Shown: positions 44,010 to 60,287, counted from the stretch's first letter. The stretch: 64,000 nucleotides of DNA from Eledone cirrhosa (GCA_964016885.1 OZ024742.1:21080001-21144000); one strand, 5' to 3'. Numbers and translations are program-made. The notes: generated from the letters alone by a model not told the origin.

Positions 44010-44012
<3 letters not shown>
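43897..44012. repeat. ~55 bp-arm hairpin
   Basis: ataggaacaagtaagaccccgacagctgagctcaagcc... / ...ggcttgagctcagctgtcggggtcttactggttcctat. The arm is similar to 18905-18940. Confidence 0.9.
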
Positions 44013-44060
<48 letters not shown>

Positions 44061-44113
44061 GTATATGTATATATATGTATATATATATATATATATGTAT
44101 ATGTATATATATG

Positions 44114-44201
<88 letters not shown>

Positions 44202-44203
44202 GA

Positions 44204-44354
<151 letters not shown>

Positions 44355-44378
44355 ATATATATATGTATATATATGTAC

Positions 44379-44454
<76 letters not shown>

Positions 44455-44475
44455 GTATATATATGTATATATATA

Positions 44476-44997
44476 GTTTTGCGAGGTGTTTTATATGACC
44501 TAAGAGAAGTATAAATAAGTAAATAAAATAAAATAAATAAATAAATACATACACAAGCACATAACCACACACTAGTCACCCAATCATGAACACACATCAC
44601 ACATCAAACAAAACACTATACACACACGCAAACGCATGCGCAAAGAAGACAAAATAAAATAAACAAACAAGCAAATAAATAAATAGATATATAGACAGAC
44701 TGAATAAAAATGGCGTAGACATACAATGTAACGGGAGGAAACAATAGCACCACTGACGATGTTGCAGATGTGCAACGAAAGAACTTTGATAAACTATATA
44801 TATGTGTTTGTGTCTATATTGTATCTGTATTATTTTTGACCGTCGGTCAGTCAATGGCAACATTGAGGACCGAGTAAATTAGGTTACCGATATAAAAGAC
44901 ACAGAAGCGAAAAGCGAAAACCAACCAAACAGTGAGTGTATTCTGTTATTTATTCTGGCAATATTACACAAATATGACCCTCCGCAAGTATAACAAT
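44476..44997 (+). mobile_element. Solo pLTR of PLE family 2 with a hammerhead-like motif at 44749-44790
   Basis: Reverse complement of 33577-34125. Motif acca-CTGACGA-t-gttgca gatg tgcaac-GAAA-gaac-TT-tgat has a weak stem I. Confidence 0.82.
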
Positions 44998-44998
44998 G

Positions 44999-45065
<67 letters not shown>

Positions 45066-45094
45066 GTATATATATGTATATGTATATATATATG

Positions 45095-45126
<32 letters not shown>

Positions 45127-45299
45127 AATATGTATATATATATGTATATATATGTATATATATATATATGTATATATATATGTATATATATATATATGTG
45201 TGTATATATATATGTATATATGTATATATATATGTATATATATATATACATGTATATATATATATATGTGTGTATATAAATATATATGTATATATGTAT

Positions 45300-45350
<51 letters not shown>

Positions 45351-45579
45351 TATATATGTGTATATATATATATATGTATATATGTATATATGTATATATA
45401 TATATGTATATATATATATATAAACATGTATATATATATATGTGTATATATATATATATGTATATATATATATGTGTATATATATGTCTACATGTATATA
45501 TATATGTATATATATATATATACATGTATATATATATATATGTGTGTATATAAATATATATGTATATATGTATATATAT

Positions 45580-47530
45580 ATTGTTATACTTTGGGAGGGT
45601 CATGTTTCCAATAAGAAACACACGCACCAGCTGTTTCACTTCAATTTATTATAATATATTTATAATAAATTTATAAACTTATAAATTTCTGGTTGGTTGG
45701 TTGGTTCCACAACCAGATAGTTGTTTATATATTGTCATAGTTCTTTCGTCACACACTCTGTGACCTCTTCAGTGACTGAGGATTCCTTTCTTTGTTTTTG
45801 TGGCTCTCCTTTGTTCTGTCCTACGCCATTTTGTTTCTGTGTGTGTGTGCTCAGTCTGCGCATGCGCCACACCCGGGTGTCTGTGTGTGTTTATGTTCAT
45901 TTATTTATTTGTTTATTTACATGCTACTGGTTGCTTGTTTGTTCTATGTGTGTGTGCGTATTCATTTTGTCCTTAATTGTAAGTTGTGATGTTGCTGTTC
46001 CACTCATATTTTCTATTTAATTTTGGTTGTAATTCTTTTGTGTTTATTGCCTCTGTAGTGATTTGTCTAAACATTGCGTCTTTACTGTGTGTAGATTCTA
46101 TTTTTATTTCTATGTTCTCTAATTTAGCATTGTGTTCTATTTTAGCATGTTGGTAGAGTACAGATGATTCTTTACTATCTTGAAGGTCTCGTCGGTGTTA
46201 ATTTATCCGTTCCCCTACACTACGAGCTGTCTCACCTATGTACACTCTATTTTTGTCTCTACATTGTCCTTCAGTACATCTTATGCTATACACTACATTT
46301 CTAGTTTTACAGTTAATATGGGGGCTTATTTTACAGGTTATACATTTCTTATCTATACATGAGGGTCTTTGAAAAGGGTAGGTCTTGCTAATAAGTGTTT
46401 TTACGGAGGTACCTGGTCTTTCTACTATCTTAATATTGAGTTTATGTTTATCTAGGGCCCTTCTAAATTTTAAGCTAATTCACCTCTAGGGATTGTATCG
46501 ATGAACATTACACTCTGGTATTTATTGCTGTCATACCATGAGTTTATTCTATTAGCCTTGTTCCTAGTTCTTTCTATTCTATTCCAAAATTTGCTCCTAT
46601 ACAAGTGGCAGGTCACATTTATGTCATTATTTACCATTTTTTCCCATTTGGTTCTGGCTCCTCTATACACTCTGATTTTATCTCTCTGATTGTAGCCAGA
46701 GAACTGCATACGGTGGATGAATTGTTGTATGTGTCTCTATTTCTTCGGGTTTGCACATGCGGGACACATTTCTCATCACCCGTACCAAATCCGCAATCAG
46801 TATGTTGAGTTGGGTATGGTCCGAAACGGCCGAGTTTCGGTGGATCAGATGTTTGGAAGTCATGGGTTTGGCATAATGGGAATGGAGGATTTGTTTTTTG
46901 TTGTTAATGGTATCTAACCAGAGCTCTGTGTCTAGTACAGGTAATCGATGGTTGGGGTGTTTACTTGGGTAGTCTATAGTAACTCTAATGCTCTGGTGGA
47001 TGGAGTTAGCTATTTGCCGGATGCTTTCTATTGTGTTTTTCTCTAATTCCTGACGGTTTTCTAGTGGGGGTGTTTTAACTACGATGTTTATATCATCAAC
47101 GTAGCGGGAGTACATTATCAGGGTTAAGGGGTTTTCTAATTGTTCTTTAAGTTTAAGTTTAAGTCTACTGTCCCACCATACCATGAATAAGTTAGCTATG
47201 TCGCCTGCAATGCTAACACCAATGGCTGCTCCTTCCTCTTGGGCATATGTTTTTCCATTAAATTTTAACATATGTTCCTTAAGGCTTAGATTTATGCTGG
47301 CCCCTACCGCATGTGCAATCATTTTCTTCAGTTCATCGTGGTTTTCAGGTGTCCGTATGGCACTGGTCCACCCGTTCCATCTATCTGTGTGGGTTTTCTT
47401 GGCCATTGAGGTAATTGTAGGTGGTCTGCCTCTTGCTGGTCTTGTAAGGCACAGGTGGCTAAGGTCATATGTGTCTAGGTAATTATTACTATAGGTAAGT
47501 TTAAGTAGGAGTCCCAGCTCACTGTTATCA
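45580..47530 (-). pseudogene. Decayed PLE family 1 copy (RT, GIY-YIG, pLTR with hammerhead at 45734-45776)
   Basis: ORFs 46678-47604 and 46470-46709 are highly similar to 19186-20619 but frameshifted. Confidence 0.92.
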
Positions 47531-47999
47531 ATCCATTGAACGACATTGGCATATGGTTGGACAATACATGTGTCCTTTAGCGCTTTATGCGTGTAGGAAC
47601 ACATATCCTGTTATTATTATACTCCTCTATGTTGAGAAAAATTTGGTCGTTCCGACTGCTGCTAGTGAGAGTGGTGGCCGATTGACCTACCTCCCTCTGC
47701 CTCTATCTTTACTAACGGCCCTTGAAAAAATTGATTTCACTTCATTTACTCTCATCTCGGGAACAATTCTGGATAGCGCTAGTTCGTAATTTAAATTCAA
47801 GAATTTTATATTCTTCGAATGAAAAGAACCTTCTAACGAGAATCTTTCTTTGCAACGAAGGCCGTATGGTCTCCGTTTATTTTTGAGATTCGAAACCGAT
47901 TCGGTAAAGGTAACTATAGTAAGTAAAGTCAATTTTTTAAAATGTATTTTGAAACTTTTTCATTATTTGCTAAACCTGATTACATATATATATATATAT

Positions 48000-48146
48000 A
48001 GTTTAGCGAGGTTTTTTATATGAAATCGTGTGTCGAAACAAATATTGTTATACTTGGGGAGGGTCATATTTGTGTAATATTGCCAGAATTAATAACATAA
48101 CACACTCACTGTTTGCTTGGTTTTCGCTTCTCGCTGTCTTTTATAT
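48000..48146 (-). mobile_element. PLE family 2 pLTR end plus tail fragment
   Basis: Matches the reverse complement of about 35900-36025. Confidence 0.75.
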
Positions 48147-48193
48147 CAGAGCCCTCAGACAAATGGAAAAAGATGAGTATTGACGTACATATA

Positions 48194-48226
<33 letters not shown>

Positions 48227-48244
48227 TCATATATATATATATAT

Positions 48245-48353
<109 letters not shown>

Positions 48354-48363
48354 CACACAAACA

Positions 48364-48402
<39 letters not shown>

Positions 48403-48418
48403 GTATATATATATATAC

Positions 48419-48467
<49 letters not shown>

Positions 48468-48472
48468 CATAC

Positions 48473-48503
<31 letters not shown>

Positions 48504-48504
48504 C

Positions 48505-48578
<74 letters not shown>

Positions 48579-48590
48579 ATATATATATAC

Positions 48591-48653
<63 letters not shown>

Positions 48654-48658
<5 letters not shown>

Positions 48659-48950
48659 AAAAAGGGATGAAATCGAAAATGCAACTGAAGTCTTATTTTT
48701 TTTTTAAATATATATATTTATTTGGTTCCTTTACCGGTTTCGCAGTTCTTCTGCTTTTCAAAAGGTGAGTTGAGATGGAGGGTCTGTGGTTTTTCTCATA
48801 GATGTGAGAAAAACCACAGACCCTCCATCTCAACTCACCTTTTGAAAAGCAGAAGAACTGCGAAACCGGTAAAGGAACCAAATAAATATATATATTTTTT
48901 AAAAAAACAAGACTTCAGTTGCATTTTCGATTTCATCCCTTTTTCTTTAT
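48654..48950. mobile_element. ~145 bp-arm palindrome with a hammerhead in each arm
   Basis: The arms are reverse complements around 48800. Hammerheads lie at 48838-48875 (+) and 48728-48765 (-). Confidence 0.88.
48838..48875 (+). ncRNA. 38-nt minimal hammerhead ribozyme (U3-A8 core)
   Basis: cctt-TTGAAAA-gcag aagaa ctgc-GAAA-ccgg-TA-aagg. Confidence 0.8.
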
Positions 48951-49006
48951 ACTTCCACTCGTGTAGGACACCTCGGTTATTTTTCATTTTGTAAAAAAAA
49001 CCTCAC

Positions 49007-51153
<2,147 letters not shown>

Positions 51154-51200
51154 TATATGTATATAGATATATAGATATAGATATATATATGTATATATGT

Positions 51201-52003
51201 ATTTCACTAAATTCTGTGGATGAATTTGTATCCTGATTCTCTTTTGAGATCAGTTTGAATTATTTTTCCTAAATCTTACGTTAACTACTTTTCCCATCTT
51301 GACGTTATAGTCGCATATATGTTACAGAATGCTGTTAGCTTCTCGCTAAAACAATCTCTATACCTCTCATTTATACTTATACTCGGATTCTTTTCCTAGA
51401 GTGCTTAAACTATCTGTGACTAATCCCGGTTTTTTTAATAAAAACTGTGATAATTATTGCTATTTGCTGAACTCCCTTTGTAGAGTTTTTTTCAGAATGT
51501 ATTTGACTGCTATTTCTTGTAAATAAAAATTCACTTTCATCCTGACGTCATTAGCCCCGTTTTTTTCCTAATGTGCTTTTTCATAATAACACATGTTGGC
51601 GAACTAGCCAGTTTTAGAATTCCCTTTTTCGGATTACAATACTGTGAGAGCCCTGGTTTCTGTTGAGCTCTGCTGACGATTGAAATCCAAACGTGACCAT
51701 CTCCACTGAAAGTTTTCATGAAATAGTCTTTTAAGACTATACAGAGCATTTGATGTTATTCCAAATTGAAGGATAAGTGTTTTAAACTTTATTTTATCAT
51801 GAGTTAAAGGTCTATTGATTTTTCCCTGGATTTCACTAAATTCTGTGGATGAATTTGTATCCTGATTCTCTTTTGAAATGAGTTTGAATTATTTTTCCTA
51901 AACATTACGTTAACTACTTTTCCCATCTTGACGTTATAGTCGCATATATGTTATAGAATACTATTAGCTTCTCGCTAAAACAATCTCTATACCTCTCATT
52001 TAT
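51201..52003 (+). mobile_element. Terminally redundant non-coding element (174 bp direct repeats, period 629) with a central hammerhead
   Basis: atttcactaaattctgtgg...cctctcatttat occurs at 51201-51374 and 51830-52003, with (TA)n on both sides. Confidence 0.82.
51667..51747 (+). ncRNA. Type I hammerhead ribozyme with a stable stem III
   Basis: gctctg-CTGACGA-t-tgaaa...tttca-t-GAAA-tagtct ttta agacta-TA-cagagc. Confidence 0.82.
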
Positions 52004-52006
52004 GTA

Positions 52007-52083
<77 letters not shown>

Positions 52084-52084
52084 G

Positions 52085-52201
<117 letters not shown>

Positions 52202-52210
52202 GTTTGTGTG

Positions 52211-52249
<39 letters not shown>

Positions 52250-52278
52250 GTGTATATATATATATATGTGTGTGTGTG

Positions 52279-52327
<49 letters not shown>

Positions 52328-52482
52328 CAATACTCATCTTTTTCCATTTGTCTGAGAGTTCTGAACCCCGTTATCAGGCTAAAGTTCCTTTAGTTAGGAA
52401 TGCGGTGAAAGCTATATATTTTATAATTTCAAAATATTTTATAATTTCAAACTCGCTCACTGTTTCAAAACATACTTACTTG

Positions 52483-52515
<33 letters not shown>

Positions 52516-52527
52516 TGTATATATATG

Positions 52528-52606
<79 letters not shown>

Positions 52607-52645
52607 GTGTGTATATATTTATGTATATATATATATGTGTATATA

Positions 52646-52770
<125 letters not shown>

Positions 52771-52794
52771 ATATATATATATGAAGATATATAT

Positions 52795-53815
52795 ATATCC
52801 TCTTCATCATCTATATTAATGACATCACTGACATCATCAAACACAGCAACATTAGATTCTTCGCTGATGATTCAAAGCTCCAAAAGGTCATCAATGGCGT
52901 GGATGACCGGATAAGCCTTCAGTCAGATCTACTGGCTGTTACCCAATGGGTGGAAAAGAACAACATGTTACTGAACGAAGACACATTCTAACTGATCCAC
53001 TTTGGAAAAGAGGATGCTCTGAGACTCCCGTACTCCCTTCCCTCCGGTGAAACTCTCATGGCATCTAACATCAGAGACTTGGGAGTAACCGTGGACAGCA
53101 ACATAAACTGGGCCACGCATATAAGCAGCAAAGTTGACATGGCCCGTAGAATGTGTTCCTGGATCCTCAGAACCTTCCAGCTGAGAGATTCCCACACCAT
53201 TATCCTTCTCTTCTCCACTTTTGCCCGACCACACCTTGAATACTGTTGTCCACTGTGGTCGCCCCACACTAAACAAAGTATCATGAAACTTGAAGCTCCC
53301 CAGAGGGCAATCACGAAAAAGATAGATGGCATGGCAGACCTTGACTACTGGGGTCGACTAGAAAAGCTGAAACTTTACTCACTCCAACGTCGCCGTGAGT
53401 GTTATATTATCTGCATGATGTGGAAAATGTTTCATCAGCACTGCCCAAATGATGTTGGCATCACCTCCAAAATACACCCAAGGCTTGGGCCCCGTGCTAT
53501 CCGTCCCAAACAAAACTCTAAATCGCAACACATAACAACAATACGGCACAATTATTTCACCTCAATTGGCCCTGCTCTCTTCAACATCACACCAGGACAC
53601 CTCAAAACAGAAACAACTGACCACACAAAATTCAAGAAGTCTTTAGACAAATTCCTCTAAGTAATCCCGGACAAACCACCCACACCCGGATATGTCTCCG
53701 CAAACAGTAATTCTCTTCTTGAATAGGCCATGGTGCCCAAATCCTGAATTGAAAGACTTCGCCAGGTGGTGCTATTAAGTTAGACATGGCCTAGGCCAAT
53801 ACTGACCTAAATATT
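52795..53815 (+). mobile_element. 5'-truncated CR1-group LINE (RT C-terminus and 3' UTR)
   Basis: RFFADDSK at about 52855. ORF 53058-53660 has RDLGVTVD, RPHLEYCCPLWSP, YWGRLEKLKLYSLQRRR and FKKSLDKFL. Confidence 0.88.
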
Positions 53816-53954
53816 TCTCATAGTTATTCAAAGTTATATTTATATATGGATATTGACATATATGTATGTGTATATATATATATATGTATATATGTATATA
53901 TATATATATATGTGTGTATATATATATATGTATATATATATATATTTATATATG

Positions 53955-54011
<57 letters not shown>

Positions 54012-54046
54012 ATATATATATATGTGTACATATATATATATATGTG

Positions 54047-54162
<116 letters not shown>

Positions 54163-54166
54163 TGTA

Positions 54167-55408
54167 TCATAATCTATAAAGCTCAGTGTGTGGTCATGCT
54201 CCTTTCTTATAGAAATCTACGATATAGAATTTCTTCAATTGAAATTTACAATTCAGTATTCGAAATAGCTTCGATTGCGTCTTGGCTCAGATAATGTTTT
54301 CAATTTCATCCACAATTACGCAAAAAATAGATAAAACTCAATATTTTACGATTTTTCTGTGTCATTTAAACTGCTAAACTCTTTCCACTACCATTCAAAA
54401 TCTATACAACTTCATACTTCCTGCTACTTTCTCTTTCCAAGCTTGATGGTGATACTGTCCGTTTTACTCTCTCATATCATCTGCCTCCCCTCTAACTACA
54501 ACCCACACATTTTGCTACTTTCTCTTTTATACAGATACATTTATTCAACAACAAGCGATAAATCTTTTTTAAAACCTCTTTTCCAAACGCATACAATCAC
54601 ACACTCATTTCAACAACAACAACAACAATCTGCCTTTTATAGATAATGATAAACAATAATATCCTCTATGATGTCACTAAACCTGCTAGAAACAGCAGCT
54701 AACTCTCCCCCATACCACACCCCTCCCTAATGTCTTAAATTTAGAAAACATATCTTCTATGAGGTCACTAAACCTGCTAGAAACAGCAGCTAACTCTCCC
54801 CCATATCACACCACTCCCTACTGTCTTAAATTTAGAAAACACATATCCTCTATGAGGTTACTAAACCTGCTAGAAACAGCAGCTAACTCTCCCCCATATC
54901 ACATCACTCCCTACTGTCTTAAATTTAGAAAACACATATCCTCTATGAGGTTACTAAACCTGCTAGAAACAGCAGCTAACTCTCCCCCATATCATATCAC
55001 TCCCTACTATCTTAAATTTAGAAAACACATATCCTCTATGAGGTCACTAAACCTGCTAGAAACAACAGCTAACTCTCCCTCATATCACAACCCTCCCTAC
55101 TGTCTTAAATTTAGAAAACACACAGACAACCATGAAGAACAACTCCATCGCAGCTCTGTTGTTCGGCTGGCATCGTCTACGCGCGTGTTGCGCAATTACA
55201 GTGAAACAATAAATTTCAACACTTTTTTGCACAGAGATAATATCCGTAGGCGAAACTACAATTGTCACTGCTGGCGCAGCTCCTGCTTCCAGGTCTGCAG
55301 TTCATTCACCCAGTGCCTGGCAGACAAAAAAGTACTGCCATAAAATGGGTGGTGCAACCTAACTCTGGTAACTTAATGACCCTGAGCAACGCCGGGCTTT
55401 AATGCTAG
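54167..55408 (+). mobile_element. Probable non-autonomous Helitron
   Basis: 5' TC..atctataaagctcag start. The 3' imperfect hairpin ccctgagcaacgccggg is followed 8 nt later by CTAG and then T. No TIR or TSD is seen. Confidence 0.6.
54659..55121 (+). repeat. 93-bp tandem repeat, 5 copies
   Basis: Unit atatcctctatgagg..cttaaatttagaaaacac starts at about 54659, 54750, 54843, 54936 and 55029. Confidence 0.95.
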
Positions 55409-55439
<31 letters not shown>

Positions 55440-55528
55440 GTGTATATATATATATATGTGTGTCTATATATATATATGTGTGTATATATATTTATATATA
55501 TATATATGTGTGTATATATATATATGTG

Positions 55529-55559
<31 letters not shown>

Positions 55560-55682
55560 GTGTATATATATATATATATATGTGTGTATATATATATATA
55601 TATATGTGTGTATATATTTATGTATATATATATATATATGTATATATATATGTGTATATATATGTGTGTATATATATATGTG

Positions 55683-55713
<31 letters not shown>

Positions 55714-55805
55714 GTATATATATATATATGTATATATATATATGTATATATATATGTATATATATATGTATATATATATATATGTATATATATATCTATA
55801 TATAT

Positions 55806-56411
55806 GTCAGGTCACCACTTGGTGCTACTGGTAACATGTATCCCAGTACAACCTGTCTCGTGGTCGGGTCGTTGGCGACTAAACTGGCAACCCCACCAAG
55901 GTTTCTTGGTGAGGAGGGTGACTTTGGACATCCTGCAGGACTAAAAACAAAACCTGTCAAAGGGCAAAGGAGCTCTTAAGAGTCAATGGCCATCCAAAAT
56001 CACTGGGAGAGATGACCCTTTAGCCTTTGTCAAGGCAGAATTCTAGGAGAAGGAAAACTCTGATATAACACCTGCAACCCTGATGGTATCCAATGATGTT
56101 GACTTGTTCTTCTTTTTGGTAAATATCATCTTGGTTAAGAGAGTGGGACTGGCTTTGTGCAGTGCCTTTGCTCACTATAAAAGCTTCAGGGCACAGGCAT
56201 TGCTTTATATCTGGAGATCTCTCTGCACTTGTCGTCACATGGTACCATGGGCCCAGCACTATGTGTCAATAATTGTCACAAGTGTAGTGTTTGTACCAGA
56301 GTTTTCAAGTCGCTGGCTGGACTAAAAAGTCACACTCGTTCAGCGCATCGGTAGGGGTTCTCCTACATGAATATAAAGTAGTGGCCGTACTCGAAAACGA
56401 GTTGGCAGCCA

Positions 56412-56413
<2 letters not shown>
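55806..56413 (+). mobile_element. Non-autonomous RTE-like element, full ~605 bp unit
   Basis: Structured 5' end, ctaggagaaggaaaactctgat 5'UTR-like motif, C2H2 remnant and a ctcgaaaacgag hairpin 3' end. Flanked by (TA)n. Confidence 0.8.
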
Positions 56414-56455
<42 letters not shown>

Positions 56456-56592
56456 ATATGTATATATATATATGTATATATATATATGTATATATATATG
56501 TATATATGTATATATATATGTATATATATATATGTATATATATATATGTATATATATATATATGTATATATGTATATATATATGTACATATA

Positions 56593-56683
<91 letters not shown>

Positions 56684-57291
56684 GGTGGCTGCCAACTCGT
56701 TTTCGAGTACGGCCACTACTTTATATCCATGTAGGAGAACCCCTACCGATGCGCTGAACGAGTGTGACTTTTTAGTCCACCCAGCGACTTGAAAACTATG
56801 GTACAAACACTATACTTGTGACAATTATTGGCACAGAGTGCTGGGCCCATGGTACCATGTGACGACAAGTGCAGAGAGATCTCCAGATATAAAGCAATGC
56901 CTGTGCCGTGAAGCTTTTATAGTGAGCAAAGGCACTGCACAAAGCCAGTCCCACTCTCTTAACCAAGATGATATTTACCAAAAAGAAGAACAAGTCAACA
57001 TCATTGGATACCATCAGGGTTGCAGGTGTTATATCAGAGTTTTCCTTCTCCTAGAATTCTGCCTTGACAAAGGCTAAGGGGTCATCTCTCCCGGTGATTT
57101 TGGATGGCCATTGACTCTTAAGAGCTCCTTTGCCCTTTGACAGGTTTTGTTTTTAGTCCTGCAGGATGTCCAAAGTCACCCACCTCACCAAGAAACCTTG
57201 GTGGGGTTGCCAGTTTAGTCGCCAACGACCCGACCTTGAGACAGGTTGTACTGGGATACATGTTACCAGTAGCACCAACTGGTGACCTGAC
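56684..57291 (-). mobile_element. Non-autonomous RTE-like element, full copy, tail-to-tail with 55806-56413
   Basis: Near-identical reverse complement. Confidence 0.85.
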
Positions 57292-57312
57292 ATACATATA
57301 TATATACACATA

Positions 57313-57389
<77 letters not shown>

Positions 57390-57396
<7 letters not shown>

Positions 57397-57945
57397 TCAC
57401 AGGAATCAAATCTTTGTTCAAAGCATTTATTCGCTTACAATTGTTTCTTCCAAACCGAGGCTTGGTGTCTTCGGACCATTTTTCAATGTTTGTACACATA
57501 CATGACCTCCTTTCCGACGCAAGAGACATACAGATACATATGTATATATTGATGTACACTATATATTGATGTATATATTGATGTACAGAAATAATATAAT
57601 ATATGTCACCCCACTGTACATCAATATATACATATGTATATGTATGTCTCTTGCGTTGGAAAGGATGTCATGTATGTATACAAACATTGAAATATTCTCC
57701 GAAGAAACCAAGCCCCGGTTTGGATGAAACAATAGTAATCGAATAAATGCTTTTGAACATAGCTTTGATTCTTGTGAATTCTATATAACTGCTCTGTAGA
57801 ACAACTGATGTTATTACATTGAGCTATTTATCTTACTTGTAAGAAGGTAGTAAGAAATTACTGACTTTCACTGTTTAGGGTTTAAGATATATATAACTAT
57901 AACAAGTTTTAGTATATACATAATCATAAACAGTATCCTTAATAC

Positions 57946-57950
<5 letters not shown>
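57390..57950. mobile_element. Family C hammerhead element with an inverted 5' segment
   Basis: 57390-57560 is approximately the reverse complement of 57615-57785. Degenerate CCGAAGA hammerheads lie at 57433-57477 (-) and about 57695-57741 (+). Confidence 0.75.
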
Positions 57951-58034
<84 letters not shown>

Positions 58035-58246
58035 GTATATATGTATATATCTATATCTATATATAACATAAATCAAAATGAATTTAATCTAAATCAAAAT
58101 TATGGTTGTCATATTATAAGGTATCTATTTTTGAAGTTCTGGTTAACTTTATTTAGTTACCTACCTAGCTATGTGTGCTTACACACTTGTAAAAATTATC
58201 TCCTGTGATTATTCAAGTTTATTTATATGTTAATCAATTTCTAGTT

Positions 58247-58360
<114 letters not shown>

Positions 58361-59604
58361 ACAGAGAGAGAGAGAGAGAGAGAGTGAGTATGTGTGTGTG
58401 ATTCCTGTAACGAAAGGTAAAATTCAGTGCTTTAAAGCTAGTAAAAGCTAAATCAATATATACCTGAATAAATGTTTCTAGAATCTGGTAAATGTGGTAG
58501 TAATTGTATGAAATTGATAATATTAAGAAAATGAAATGAAGTTAATATATACTGTGTGATATATCCTCTACAGTATGTAGACACCATGGCTAGATATGCA
58601 GGTTTGTTTATATGTTATTACACCATAACACCTTTCGTATATTACACAACTGCAACCAAGCTGGATTTAGTTATACAAAACTGATTAAATTGAAGGATCC
58701 ATGCTTTACATAAAGTTCCTACTTAAAAAAATATTATTTCCTTATATTCCGAAAGCCACATTAACAATGTGACATATCGTTATATTAATAATTCTAGATT
58801 ATTTAAAAAGTAATTTTAAAATAACAAATAGTGACTTTCATTTGAAATATTGTAATGAAAGGGATATGTCTTGTTTCCCTATGTTTTAAAATCAATAGCG
58901 AAGACCGTACTTAAACCTTAGGGGACGCAGAGCACTTCAGGTTTTTTTGGAGGGGGGGGGGGGGTTCCTCATACACATAAATAAACATACAATATCCCCC
59001 ACCCCAATTTTACTTATCAAAGTCAGCTTAACGGAAGTAATTGGAATTGAAAAGTTATATATACAGGTATCTAAAAAATCTAACCATCCTAAAAGTAAAA
59101 AGCCTAGCAGGAGGCAGAAATAATTTACTACAGCCGTCTCTGGCGGATACCTCAACGGCAGGGGGCCCAGGGGAAATTGTCCTCATCGCCCCAATTAAAT
59201 CCGGTCATGAATAGCTAGATTAAGCACAGATTGCTTAGTATATGTCAGATATAATTTCCTACCGTTACTAGGCTGCCATCTCTTTTATTACGCCAAGTTT
59301 CATGACGGAAATATTAAAGCTCCCAGGATATTCCTTCAAAATTGAATAGCTTCAGACATTTCTATATCGTGTCATTGTAACACAGGAAGAATATTACAAT
59401 ACGTCGTGGGAGCAACATATGGAACTTGGATGTAAAGGAGTATTTTGGGAATACTTCAAATTTTTATTATAGTTATTGATGACTGAAAACTTCAGTAATC
59501 CTTACTTTGAGTTCCATCTGCTACATATATACCTTTATATGTTTATACATATATAAACGTATGTACACACACACACACACAATCACACACACATTTATAT
59601 ACAT

Positions 59605-59670
<66 letters not shown>

Positions 59671-59738
59671 GTTATTCCGGGTTGAATCGGAGGTAACCAC
59701 AGTAAGTAAGGTACTCAATACATTGCAGAGTATAAAAG

Positions 59739-60283
59739 TTTTATTATAGATGAGATTCTACAGGACTAGAACTGTTTCATTCTTTAGAAATCATCAGGAA
59801 TCTGGGTATCAAAGAATAAATATGGTATGTATACAAGTGGTAGGAGAGGGAGGGGAGTGGGATGGGTGTAGGTCATTGGTTGATAGAAGAGAATTCATTA
59901 AAAGCTAATTCTACAAAGCTATAGTTTATTTTTATTTTTATTTTTATTTATTTTTGTTTTTAGAGTAACAAAGGCAGACAGAATTCTATAAACAGGTTCA
60001 GGATGGCATGCCATTCCTTATTATTAAGTTTCTCTGAAGCTAACAGGTGTCTATAAGATCAGTGGGGGGTTAGTCATGGTAGATAGATTTAAAGGAAAGG
60101 GAGATTGTTTAATAGCTAAAATCATTAAGGTTCTACTAAGTGACAAAGGTTTAGAGAATTCTACCACTTGTATAAATACCATACCACTTGTATAAATACC
60201 ATACTTATTCTTTGCTACCCAGATTCCTGATGATTTCTAAAGAATGAAACAGTTCTAGTCCTGTAGAATCTCATCTATATTAA

Positions 60284-60287
<4 letters not shown>
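59739..60287. mobile_element. Family H hammerhead element with ~105 bp inverted ends
   Basis: 59739-59843 is the reverse complement of about 60161-60287, and each end contains the hammerhead. Confidence 0.82.

Noticed and set aside
54659-55343. Tandem array considered as a CRISPR array or repeat protein gene
   Set aside because: There are no unique spacers and no cas genes, the context is eukaryotic, and the ORF arises only because 93 is divisible by 3 (the first unit has a stop).
59155-59210. GC-rich ggggcccagggg..aaatccggtcatg resembling a hAT terminus
   Set aside because: No matching opposite terminus or TSD could be identified.
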